A stretch of 64,000 nucleotides of DNA from Phoronis australis. Lineage: Eukaryota; Animalia; Phoronida. The notes beneath the pieces are model-generated. The model saw only the letters and a list, made by a program, of their open reading frames with translations, had not been told where the DNA came from and searched no databases. Location of the stretch: positions 124,001-188,000 of the forward strand of contig NMRA01000577.1 of NCBI GenBank assembly GCA_002633005.1, given 5' to 3'. Positions 1 to 13,000 of the stretch are shown here, piece by piece (within the stretch, counting starts at the first letter, position 1; every line of letters starts with the position of its first letter). Made by a program: the position numbers and the translations under genes.

Positions 1-310
1 ATCGCGATCACTGTAACACGCTTGGTTTAACTATAATTGTCTGCCTTTATACACATTTATGTGTGTATCATCACAAGTCGTTTTGCCTCGTAAATACATT
101 TTTTGTTAAAGTAATATTGGCGCTACTTCAACGGGCCAACAATGGCCAACTCCTCTGTATAACAATTGAAAACAGGAAATGATAATATGCTTAATTTTTT
201 GTGACCGTTGAAAAATTAGATCAAAATATTCAACACTCGCCACTGTGTGAAGCATGATAATAGCCATACTTCTTAAACAGGGCTAACGCACTGTAAGTCG
301 TCAAAAATAT

Positions 311-343
311 CAATACCATACCATACCATACCATACCGTACCA
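311..343. repeat. (ATACC)n microsatellite
   Basis: caataccataccataccataccataccgtacc. Confidence 0.85.
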
Positions 344-472
344 AATGTGGAAAATTTGAAAGATGAATTTGATGGTCACAATTCAGTTTGAAATGTAATC
401 CAGGGACATGATGTTTTGTTCTTCATTACTGCTTGTATTGGTTGTACAAATTTACCTTCTTTCCCGTTTCAG

Positions 473-3400
473 CGCCACCTAGTGACCATGAGAGCAGTGA
501 CGAATCCTCAAGGTATAGTAAAGTATTTGTGTAGCAGTCTGACCTGTTCTCAGCTGGCATGGATGTTGCGAGTTCCCTCTTTGCCATGCTTTTCCACGTG
601 TAGTCAGTCTTGGCAGATATTTTAGTGCTGCTTTTTGTTTGAAACCATCGCTCAGATATGCAAAATATCGAACATTTTGATGGTTGTACAGTTTAGTTGC
701 TTGAATTGTTTTTCTTTTTGATTTTGTTACTGAAAGACTGTCAATAGAAAAAACACCTCTCATGCTTCCTAGTTAGATAACAGGTATTACTTTAGATGTT
801 GTTTCAGTAGTACTGCTTGCAGATGACCTGCATTTTACGTAGTCAGACTCCAACGTGGCAGTGAGCAGTGGTTCTCTATGTTCCCTTTATGACACTCAAA
901 AAGCTTTCTTGCCAATGCAATTTTCAAATGCCCTTGCAACTGAGGTTTAAACTGAACAATTTACAGCTTGCCAGCTCACCACATTTTGTGACCTCCCCAA
1001 GATAACACTTAGTTCATGTTTCAAGCCAAAGCTAATTACCCACTATCTCTTAACACAGTGGCTTCACAAATGTGGGTGGTCAAGTGCCAGGTTTGCTGAG
1101 ACAGATCTAAAGTACACCCCATTTAAAACCATTTCATTATTTATGGTTCTGCAGAGTTAATGTCTCACAGTGTTGGAACTCTGGTGTTTTTGTTAACTCT
1201 TATTTGTTGTTGGACTTATCTCAAAAGAATGACTACCACTGTCACACTTGATCCCTTGTTGGTGGTTGTTTGTTGACCTCTGACCTGCATCCTATCACAG
1301 CCTGACAATTTTAGGCTTGATTTTTTACCTTTTCCCAACCGTGTCCAATCGCAACCTGATATTTTGAGGTTTGACCTTTGAGCTGCTCCCAACCACGCCT
1401 GCGTTCCGTAGAGGCAAGAATCTCGCGAGTAAAGCTAGAGCTGCCCCATGCTTTCTGCGCAACTCGTGCCCATATCTCGCGAAGTCTTGCGTGATCTTGC
1501 ACTTCCACGAGATCCTTGCGTCTACGGAAGGCTGCCCGTGTCCAATCACTGCCTGGCATTTGAGGTAATGACTGAGGCAGGTGCATGTTGCTTTACTACG
1601 CAGCGGTGAAGACGATGCATTCCAGGATAATATTGAGTACAAGCCTGTTTACAAGTTCAACAACCAGAAAAGGTTAGATGCTTTCCTTTCTCCTTCCTCT
1701 CAGTGTAAATCTGGTTCCGAGATTTCTGTTCTTGCGGTGAGTTGCTAGAAAGACGTGCTTATAAAAACTGCACCTCTCGCAAGTTTTCGTGGTACCAGCT
1801 TCATATTGTGGGAATAGCATGCTTTCTGCTCTCACCGCTTTGCTTGCATACTGTGAACTTCGCTTGTCCATGCGTGCAATGTTTGAAGTATATTTTTATT
1901 ACACGTTTCATTTCTTATGGTTCGTTGTTGAGTTGAGTACATAGTCGTAGAATCATTGACTGCATGACAGTTCTTTTTGTGTTTGCCGAGTCTTTGTGAA
2001 CTGAAGATGAAATGTTGTAAACTTCTCTGCCTTAACGTGTACTGAACTGTGGAACTATTTTCAATGAATCCGAGTTTACCTGTGAAAACCTATGTTTTTT
2101 TACAAAAGTTTATTTATTATTTCCTTTTTTATCATTTTGGTTTGTGTTCCTGTTGCTTTAATGTGCTCCTATTGTTTTGTATCGTTTTGATATGTGTACC
2201 TCTTGTTATGTATGGTTTTAATATGTGTTCCTTTTCTTATGCATTTCATTGTGCGCTTCTCATTTAGACCAGTTTCCTATTCTGAGGACACAGTTCACTT
2301 GCTGAAACCCGGGGCCATGCAAAATGGGTGAGTGGTTTGAACACACCGCTGATTGTGATAAGTCGCCATACTAACTGTTGGAGAATGAAATGGGCGAAAT
2401 TTGCGAAACTTGTTACATAAGATTTGTTGTCCTCAGATTTTGTGATGAGCAACGTGGCAGTTTCTGGCAAACTGATTCACTTGCACACTTATGGATTGGG
2501 TCGCACGCTCGTTTGTCTTGTTAAATCGGAGACTGCTCCTCTAGAAGTCCTTTGTTATTGGTAGTTTTCTTATTAATAGTCTGGCTCTTTATAGTGTTTC
2601 AGTTATTGTTTTAAGTGGCTGCTGTGGATTTTGTGGTAAAAGGGACTTAATCAGCAAGAAAAATATGTAATGCAACCGCATATTGCCTTCATCACTTTCT
2701 GGACATCTGGTACCCGCTGGTATATCTCCTAGACCCCTTGCAGGGTCGCATTGAAATTTGGCACAAACTGATGTGTTTCTATGAAGCTGACAACAGATAA
2801 CGAATTTCGAACCGATTGTAAAGGACACAATAGCGCCTCCAATGTATTGTGTGCCACCTAATGGCTGTTTTTATTATTTTCAAGTGTTTTGTCATCCTCT
2901 GCATCTGCCAGTCCGTTCATAGGATCTTGAAAATTGGCAGACGTGTTCGCACTGACAGAGCACAACTGACATTGATTTTCGGTCAGGTTCAACTACTCTG
3001 GTGTCCCTTGTGGCATTTTTTGCATGTGTGAATCAAGGATCTTTGTGAAATTTGACAAGTTCATGACTATCAACATGACAACAGATGGACTACCACTCTA
3101 CTCGCTAGTGGAATGGGATTTCTTTTCCATTTTCCACTGTACCTTTTGTGTTCTTTAATGGATTATCATGAAATGTGGCAAGTAGTTTTTTGTTTGGACA
3201 CAACAAAAATACAATGAATTTTGTTGTTTTATATCTCTGGTCACAGCTAGTAGCATCAAGAAGTCCATCCCAGCCAACAACCATCACAAGAATGTCCCTT
3301 GAATGCTGGTGTACTGATGCGAATGGTTGAAAAGTGTTGAGATGCAGTGTAGTGATTGAGATTCATCTGTCATTTCGAAATTTTATTCTCAGCATAAGTA

Positions 3401-6400
3401 GTAGTCTTTGATTGAGATTTTGCTATCATTCTAAATAATGTTTGTTCGCAGTGTTAAGAGTACTCTGTGGTTGAGATTTTATTTAGAATGTTATTGTTAT
3501 TCTCAGTATCATTATGTTTTACAGGCTCTTTGATTTTTTCTATTATTTGAAATTCTCAGCATTATACATACATACTCCTTGATTAAGAATCTGTTATTTC
3601 AAAATATTAATTTTCAGTCTTCTACATTTTGTTCTTTTCCAGAGGAGACATGCCACAACGTTCTGCCAGTGTTGGGTGTCCCCCAAGCGAGGCTGCCAGC
3701 CATACGACTTTACAGGTAACTTATTTCTCGTGGTCCTGTTGGTCTTGACCACTTTCAAATCAATTTGTATTTCTGTTGACTTGGCACTCTGCCCAAATTC
3801 TGCTGTCATTCTCCACAATATTACCAGTTAACTTTCTTCACCATACCTCATGGTTGTAAAGCTCTACTAAGATCAGTTGAAATGGAAACCATTTGGCTAT
3901 TACACGGACGTTGTGTGGATTTTGCTGCTGCTGCTGCTGCAGTGAAGATTATTTTTAGGGAATATATCCACTGCAGAGGTCTGTATGGGTGTTGTTTTGG
4001 AAATGTTGTGACTGTTAGATGTTGACTGTAGATGTTGACAGTTTTTGTTGTCGTTTTCCTCCAGCAGGTGGCAGAGCCTGCCAAAGAGAAGAATAGCCCT
4101 GTTAAAATACAGGTCAAGAAGAAACGCGCTGAGCGTAACTACTCTGGCGAGCGAGCGCCACTACTCCGCGAGTCCAGCAGTGATCTGGCCTTGCCCAGCA
4201 CTCCGTCCACGCCCCTGTCTAATGCTGACTCCTCTGAGAGCAGTGTGGTGGCACCACTAGCTACCGAGGAGCTCTTCATTGACTTCTCGGAGCCATCTCC
4301 ACCGTCAGAACCCGTCCTCAAATCAAATAATCCGTTCTTTGCCAACAGTCCGTCCGTGCTCCCCAGCCCCATTAATCCCTTCCTTTCTCCCCCTGTCAGT
4401 TCTCCTGCCTTCCACACCAGTTCACCTCTGCCTACACCAGCTCCTTCTACTGGCACTCAGTTGCCGGCTAAGTCCCCATCTGCCTCAGTCAAGGCCAAAT
4501 CGGCCACACTTCCCGTCAACACCAAAGTCAACTGTGCTGTTAAGACCAACGATTCATCAATGAAACCTGCCTCAAATTCCACCTCTGATCTGAACTGCAT
4601 TACAAGTGATCTGGACGCCATGATATCTGACCTCGATGCCATAACCTTTGACCTTGACTTTTCCACCAACTCGACAAAGTCAGGCTCTAAATCAAAAGTT
4701 GCCAAGTCTCCCACCACTAGCCCTCCACTAAAATCCGTCCCTGGTGTGGTGTCCCCACGTTTGGTGAGCCGTCCTAACCTGCCAGTGAGGAAGATAAGTG
4801 ACCCCGGTGTCACGGCGAGCTCTGATGAAGATGTGATTATCGTGAGTTGTCTCCCTCGCTGCATCGTACCAATGCATGGAGAATGTTGATTCTATTCTTA
4901 GCGTGCTCATTTTGTGCATGCCGCGAGCCAACTTGAGATTTTAAGCTCATGCTGACCACTTCTCTGTCACTGTTGATTTCAGGTCCACACTGCTTGCAAG
5001 TTTCCCATATTGACTGTCTGTACTAATTTTGCCACCAAAGTCCATGCATGACACAACCATATCGAACCCTTTGAATGTTCACAGAGTTAGCATTTTTGAA
5101 TAGTGTTAGTCTTCAAAAAGTTTAAAGCTGCAATCCTCACTGTTTAGCTGGCTCAAGTACAAAAATCAAATTGCTCTTTTGCCCTCATGAATTCGGTCTC
5201 GTAATATTCCTTACTGTGATTGGATTCTATTCCCGTTATCAAGACGAACATCGAAACCATCAGTGACTCAAAAACAAAACACTTCAGATTTCATTGGGAA
5301 AACACTTTAGAATTTCTTAGGAAAGTGACGCGTATCCGAAATAGAATCCTTTCACAGTAAGAAATATTACCAGACCAGTATTATGAGAGTAAAAGACCTA
5401 ATTCGATTTTCGTTTTTTGACCAGCTTAAAACAGCAAACTGCGGCTTTAAAAACTCATCACTTACTGGCTGCATGCAACTTTATATTTCTCTCAATTAAT
5501 CATGAAGTGATTTACACAAAACTAGACAAACTACTTAGTGCAGCACAGATAGCATGTGGACCATTCCACAGTGAAGTCCAAGAGACCATCACAATCAACA
5601 TTGTCACTGTAGCAGACCATGTCTCAGACAGCTCTTGTGCTTTGTTGCTGCGTATTAACTGGTCATTTGACATTAAAACGTTTGATTTGAAGCAAATCGC
5701 CATCACTTGCACATCCTATTGTGAATATGTGCACTGATAAATGGTTGAATCCAAGGGAGTATGGAAGTCTGAATGGAAAATTGTATATATATCCGAGTTA
5801 CAGGTTCTAGCGCACGTTGCATGATAGCTGCGCGTAGATCTCTATGAGGAATGACTCCTAGTAACTCCTGGTCATGCCAAGTTTGTGCCAGTTTACTACG
5901 CAGCTGTCTTTGATGAGATTATTTGTGTTTTGTTCCTTGGCCTACTAATCAAAAGTTGAGTGTTTTGTTTTGTTTTCAGAGTTGTTTCCCTTTGCAGCAG
6001 CCTTGTTGCATTGGCTGGTACAGCATGTTCACTAATTTTGTAGTTGTATTATGTCGTGCATCTTACTAGCAACTGCAGTGTTCTCCACAACCTGTCTTGA
6101 CTCGTCACAGCATCAAGTTTGAATTTTGCCATGACGAGTTTGAAAACTTGAGCATCGTGTTTGAAGAATTGGGAGATTAGTCATTTCTAAGCAAATTATG
6201 ACATTTAGGATTTCTGTTACCTTTTTGAAGCATTTACTCCAAGACTTAGCGCACAAACTCCCTACAGTATGGAGGTGGATTTTTGAATGTGCACATGAAT
6301 TTCGTCATCCAGACAAGTTTGAATTTTTTGTTGTTGAGAACAATAAAATGTATGCTTTCCTCTGACGAGCCAGAAATGCATCGTGGAATTTTTGCGTTTT

Positions 6401-7276
6401 TGTCGTGCAACTGACTCTCAAAGGTGGATATTTTCTTCCCAATTGCTGCCTGAAGTACAAATTATGAAAACCTGGTTTCTTGGCTACACAAAACTCGTCA
6501 CAATTTTTTTACACGATGAGAGAAATTTCCATTCTCTAAAAAGTCACTCGGGGCATCAGCTTCTAAAAAGAGTGTTCTCAGAAACTTTCATCAATTTCAA
6601 CACAGTTGGCCTGCCCTTTGAAAACTGTGGCAGTCACTGGTGACCTTTCAATGTTATTTTTCAGTCACTGGTGACCTTTCAATGTTATTTTTGTCCTGAC
6701 AGTTCATTTCGTACTTTTGGTGTTTCGGCCGTGATTTGGAAGGAATTCCTTAATAATGTGTTTTGATTAATGACATCGTTTTATAGTGGCATAGAATCAT
6801 TGTTTGCTAATATTCATATCTATAATAATGATGTCTCCTTTATTTCTTAATTTTTTTGGTAATCAAGCTTAATGTGACTTGCTCATTTGTTGATTTATGA
6901 TTGATAAATATTTTTTCTCTCTGTTGTCTCTCATATATTTAACGTATTAAATTTAAATTATTATTTTTCTGCACGATACCGTCACGCTTATTTGCCCCTA
7001 ACACCCCGTATAGTACTCACAGAGGTGACATTTCTTTTCCTATTTCAGGAAACGTCATTTAGTGGTGGTAAAGCCGTCACACGCAAGGTGTCCATGAAGT
7101 CAAACGGAAAAAATTCCAACGAAAACTTGCCAGTTGTTTCCTCCTTACACAAATCGCCCGTGAATGTTGTCAAGACGACACCCAATGAAAATGGCGATCT
7201 TTCCCCATGGCACGTCGATTCAGGTGTCACGGACAGAAAGGTGGTGCGTAAAACAACATTGATGACTGAGCTGTGA
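473..7276 (+). CDS. 3' portion of a multi-exon gene encoding a Pro/Ser-rich disordered tail with NPF motifs and a C-terminal PDZ-binding-like motif (endocytic/scaffold-type protein, identity unknown)
   Basis: Phase-compatible AG/GT exons at 473-512, 1604-1672, 2268-2327, 3643-3715, 4065(or 4068)-4841 and 7049-7276 (stop). Translation contains SNNPFF, INPFL and LFIDF and ends ...KTTLMTEL*. The last two exons match ORF-track entries 4032..4889 and 6992..7276. The small upstream exons are less certain and the 5' end lies outside the window. Confidence 0.7.
5125..5450. mobile_element. MITE-like element with long imperfect terminal inverted repeats; related copies at ~24675-24990 and ~45520-45770
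   Basis: gtctcgtaatattccttactgtga..ttctattcccg is inverted against ccgaaatagaatcctttcacagtaagaaatattaccagac; homologous blocks recur at the other two sites. Confidence 0.6.
6631..6692. repeat. 31-bp perfect tandem duplication
   Basis: cagtcactggtgacctttcaatgttattttt x2. Confidence 0.85.
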
Positions 7277-8882
7277 AGCACGCAGCTCGTGGCTGTAACA
7301 TGACGGTGATGAGGTTCACTGTGGAGACTCTGCATGTTATGGTTGTCATGGTAATGTCGGCCGATTTCACAGTGAACTTGCACACAATGTGCATTCAAAT
7401 GTCATAGGTCAGACTACATCTCAACTGTAACTTGATGGATAGGAGGGGTTACTAGTGGAAACATGTAGTCCACCTATGATTATTACTACTGTGGTAGGGA
7501 CTAAACAGATCATTTTAGCTTCACTTTTTATTTCATTTTAGTCACTAAATGCGTTGCGAGTTATTTATGTTCTGCTTTTTATCATGCTGAATACGTCGTT
7601 TCCTGTAAACAGTGTGCAGCCAGAGGTGTTACTGATTGTCATGTTTCTGTTGAGATTTGGTAGGTTCACTGAGTAAAACGTCGGTGGAATGGATTTTAAT
7701 TGTAGATTCGTAATACATATCAAACTATTTTTGTGGTTTCCCTATTTGGAATACCGCCACGTCGTCCACGCATGGTGAACCATCCATTCATTTATTAAAG
7801 TTTCGTGTATCTATTATTGTGATCCAACATGTGAACTTTTACATGAATTTGATGGAAGCAGGCTTCATTCAATTATGTCTAAACATTAACATTTCAAATG
7901 GTTGGTTGTCATGTAATAGGGAATCCAATTGCATGTGTCATATAAGAGATCATTTATTGATTAGTCTATGTTTGTAGTTTGTCGTGTTTGCTCGTAGTTG
8001 AAGAACAACGATAACATTCAACAAATCATGTACCATTTAGAATATAAACTGATAACTATGAGAGTCCGAGTTAATCTTGTTATGATGCACTGTGTGGCCA
8101 ATCAGAAATGCTGTTACGTCCATTGTTCTGATAAAGCTTGTGATTGGTCTGATTCTCTGTGATGACTCGTGTGATTGGTTGGATTACGTGTCGTGAAAAT
8201 ATTGACTTAACCTAAAATTTCTTCATTTTATGTTTTTTACACAGATTTTAATATCAATTTTTGTCATATCAGCTACTGTAAGTTACTGTAGTGAAAACCT
8301 TGCTTGAAATGGTTAAGCTTGAAACTTGCTTGAAATGGTTAAGCTTGTGCGCTCATTTCTTAATGCTTGAGTGAAAAACTTACTTTTTTAAACGATTAAG
8401 CTTGAAGACAGATTTATTGTTTCTCAAACTTGTCGAGGGGCCATCTCATTGGTCAAGACATTTGTCTAAACCAAATTAAGTTCTGGAATGCCTTTTGCCA
8501 AAGCTGGTGTTTTTAACCAGCGTGAGGTGAATCACGTTAGTTTATTATTTTACAGTCGATGCAAAATATCTATGATAAAGAGAATTAGGAAATGCTCAAG
8601 CGCCTGAGTAGATGTTAAATAGGATCCCGTCTTCAGCACCAGCCTTAGTATGTGGATGTTTATTTATAAGCTTGTGAAGTAATTTACAGCGAAAGTGTCA
8701 ATTCAACTGTAGAAGTATTTTTGGATTTTGTGGATAAAGAAACTTAAAGACTTTGCTTTTGAAGGGTTCATACTAAGGTACGTTTCAGAAATATATTCTT
8801 ATACTGTTGAAAACTCTTTTTATTTATCTCCATGACATCAAGTAGCAGCATATGTTGATAAAAAACCGACGGATTTAAACCG

Positions 8883-8925
8883 GCTTGACATGTTTCGGTA
8901 TTTATTAGACACCATTCTCAGAAGC
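8883..8925 (-). ncRNA. Minimal type I hammerhead ribozyme-like motif (Penelope-type), with a G8-to-A core change
   Basis: Minus strand: GCTT-CTGAGAA-T-GGTGT(ctaataa)ATACC-GAA-ACATGT-C-AAGC. Helix I GCTT/AAGC, helix II and a palindromic helix III are all present. Confidence 0.55.
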
Positions 8926-10052
8926 AAAAACAGTGGCCACCTTGCTAGGCCAAACAACAAGTAATTATACACAGACACAGTCAGTTACAGGGGAGTATTT
9001 AATACCACAAAAGGTACTCTTAAAGTAAATTGGTTACCTTGTATACCAAAGTCACCCCTCAAATATTAATTTTCGAAACTGTGAAACATCGTCCCTCAAT
9101 AATAATTGGAATAGTGCCGAGGTGTTAGTTGCTACATATGCATTTTCACAAATGTCATACCTTGCACAGGTATGAAGTTTCACAGTTAACTTCTAAATGC
9201 TTCTAGAACTTAGTTGCTGCTACTGAGCTGTCAAAATTTTTCATGGGATGTTAGTCTTTATTTTTGACATTTCTGGGCTAAACGCTGTTGAAAGAAAATT
9301 CTAGAATATCTTCTGCAATGAAGAGACAGAATTTATTAATTTCTTATTAAAACAGTAATGCCTGGAAACTAAGGTTATTTAACAAATCATGACTTTTCCA
9401 AAAAAAATTCAGGGCCACTAACATTGTTTTTGCGACAGTAATTCAAAAATACTTGGCTTTTGTGAGTTGTAAATTCTTTTAAAAGATTTTTAAACGTGTA
9501 CCCTAAGTAGTAAAAAAGAAAAATATAAAAGTTGGTAGTCACCTGAAATTTGATTCGATTGATGACTTAATGTACTGTAACAATTAAGAGATGTTTCCAC
9601 GACGATTGACTGAAAAATGAACTTGTCACGTTCTACAATTTACAAACTCCTTAATCAGAGAAACATGAAAGACTTGTAATTAAAACACTGTGTTCGAAAC
9701 TACGCCAATGATCATAGTATTTCATGGGTAGTTCCGTGGAATACAATACATGCGTGTATCTAAATTTTCTGTCTCCCCTGAACAGGAATAAGAAAATGTT
9801 TGACCAGATTGCAGTAGTATGGACTTCGTGGATGCAAATCACAATGTTGCAGACATGAAGCAAGGACAACTTTTTGTTAAGTTAAACAGTCGCTTATGCT
9901 CGTTTGAGACTCTGATGTTTGAGCCTACAGATTGCAATATCCTTTTTAAGTTGACGGTCTCGGCAACATACCTTGCTATAAAACACGGCTCATGTTGACA
10001 CATTTCGCATGACGAAGTCCCCCCTAGTAGACGACTTTCAAAAAATACAATC

Positions 10053-13000
10053 CTAAGAAATATTTTTCTTCCGTTTCTTTTTGAGTCTTCCATGTTTAGA
10101 TTGCCATTCCCTTTGCTTGCGTTTAGCAGAGTCTTTTCCTAGTATCTCAGGGCACTGACGCCGTTTGTGATCCGATGATCCACACGCGTAACAACCTACA
10201 ATATAAAAGATTCACATGAAATAATTAAGCCAGTAGTGTAGTTCTTCACCAAAATCTGCTTGAATGAACATTTGTAGTCAAAACTACCTCAATATTTTAA
10301 AAGCCCCAACCCCAATGCACCCGCTTAGTTTGTAGATTTTTAGTGTCGAAACAATTTTTAATTGGATGACCTACCACTTACAAAGCCACATTTTGCTTGG
10401 CTTGCAAAACAAACAAAAATTGGGCCTTTCACTCTCATAAAATTGGTCTCTTATTATTCTTTACCATAATAGGATCCTGTTTCCGTTACTAACAAGAACA
10501 TCAAACCAGCAGCAACTAGATAAAATACTTCATATTTTTTGGGGGGCTGGCCAACCCTAAAATGGCACATCTATGCATTGCCTGTGTTTCTGACAAATTT
10601 GACAAGTAAAGCTCGGATAAGTGTGGTGATGTTTCTAAACCCCAACGCACTTTGGTTAAGAATTCAACATTGACATTTGAATACGGGTGAAGTGCAGATC
10701 AATAACTGGCCTCTAATAGTACTTTATTCATATAAGAAGAGATCTCTGGACAAGGAAGGACTTCTGAAGACCACTCACATGACTTGGTATTTATCGGTAT
10801 TCATTTAGCACTAAGTGACTACGATAATTACCACTGTTGGCAGGCAGTTTTCCACACTTGTGATCTTGTTTCACACACTGCTGACAGGTGGCGCAGTGAA
10901 CCCTCGATGGTTTCACACACCTCTTGCACTCGTCACAGTGGCGATATGTCTGACCATCCTTCAATACATAAATGAACACTACATTCACAATCAAACAGCT
11001 GTTTGCCTGATTAATGCACAGGGCCTAACAATCGAATATCGGATATTAAACCCTACATGAGAATGATGAGCCGGTTTAAACTGGTTCTTTGCCTCCGGCG
11101 CAGGCTATGTCTTTTAGCCCACATTGACCATGGACATTTCCTTTATCTAGACCCCAATTGGTATTTGGAGGAATTATCCCACTAGGGCTAGTGCCCCTCA
11201 GGTGGCAATTCCTACAAAACCCACGAGGGGGTCTAGATATTGGAAATAACTGCAAAGGACATGCAGTAGAGCGATTAATTCAAACAAAAATGAACATACT
11301 AAACATGGTATATAATTGTTGTGGACAGGAGCATCTGCACAGTTAACAGAAAGTCCAAGGCTTGAACCCCTGTTGGGACAGAGATCTTATCAGACTTAGC
11401 TGTAAGTCACGTGATGTTACTTAAATGGAACATTGGTTTTGCTTGATGTCAGTCATCTCTACGCAATGCAGTGAACTAAACCACAAGTGTAGAACATCCT
11501 AGCATGCTCATCATTTTTCCCACTAAATCACCTCCCATGGGAAATAACTGTATGCCATATTAGCCAATACTTATTTACTGTCCAGGATTGTACAGTCGAA
11601 TTGTGTTGCAACAAATAGTGTTTTTAACATTCGCTCCCTCGTAACATTTCATTCCTGAAGTTCCTTTTCTCTCATACAAAATACACGATTCGTTTTTAAC
11701 AAAAACTGATGTAACGTTCACAAAGTTACAACGTACCAATTTCGATGTCTCATTGGTTAACTTCACAGCGAACCAGTGCATGTGAGTCTAAAACTGATCA
11801 CGTGCGGATTCCTCGATTTCATATTTGTGCTGCAGGCGGTCGGACTGCCTTACATACAAAAATGGTGAGTAAAAGGTTCTATGAATTTTACTTTCTCCAA
11901 AAAGTTGATTCGATTACAGTGAACCTTGGTTACAACGAACTTCTTCGGTAGGTCCCAGGAGGATTGTTGTAACCAGGTTTGACTCTGTTGGGAATAAATA
12001 CTTACTATTATTATTACTTTATGAATAACTGAATTGGACTTACCTTAGAGGGACATGTTCCACATTTAAGACAGTGGATGTTTTCAGCAGCTGAGAACCT
12101 TTGGCAGACGTTACAGAACCTGAATTAGAAAGAAAATAATTCTTTGTGTACTCAAAATAAGTATTTCTGAAGCCTTTAGATACAAAATACAGGATGTCCC
12201 AAAAGTGGGCAATAGTCTGATATAATGTGTCCACATTTTGAGAACCAATTGATGCCTGTTATTCAGTGGAGAAAAATGGTTCTCAAAATGTGGGCATGTC
12301 ACATCAGACTATTACCCAAAATTGTATTCACACTACATATGACAGTAACAGCGTTGTTTATCGACATGGAAATTGTTTAGCGACTTGGAAACAAGAGTGT
12401 TGGTTTATATTCACAGAGATTATGAAAACAGAAATTAACCCTTTCACTTGGAAGAAGATTAATCTCATTGCAGCACATTGCATGAATGGATAAGTGTGTG
12501 TTTATAAGTAGCATTTGCGCGATATATTTTCTCTTTCCAAAACTTTTACCATTCTCGTGCATACAGATCACATGCACCCACTTTCACAGCAAATATAAAA
12601 AATAATTGCAGGCGGTCTGGAACACCTTGTGCCAGACGTGCGCAGGCCGTGCATGTGGGCTCACGGCACTGATCACCTGGAAATATTTTTGTGCTTTATT
12701 AATATATACTTAAAACCGAGCTGAGGATCTAGAAACCTGACTCAAGGGTCTAGCAGTGTGACCTGGTGGGACTCGAACCCACGACCTCGAGTAAAGAAGG
12801 CGGGCAACATCACACTAGGCCACACTGTCTCCTTACTTTCACAGCAAGGTGTAACTATACATTATGGTTGGGTGCAGAGTCTGATCCACGGGAACTGACT
12901 TTGAATTCCCATCATTCTAGTGACGTGCGAGTACATTTNAAGATTAATCTCACTGTGACATATTGCATGAACGGATAAGTGTGTGTTTATAAGTAGCATT

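Noticed and set aside
6361-6385. CTGACGA...GAAA hammerhead core
   Set aside because: No helix II or flanking helices can be formed
12760-12832. tRNA gene
   Set aside because: A/B boxes are present but there is no complete cloverleaf, and it continues into a dispersed repeat body, so it is a SINE head
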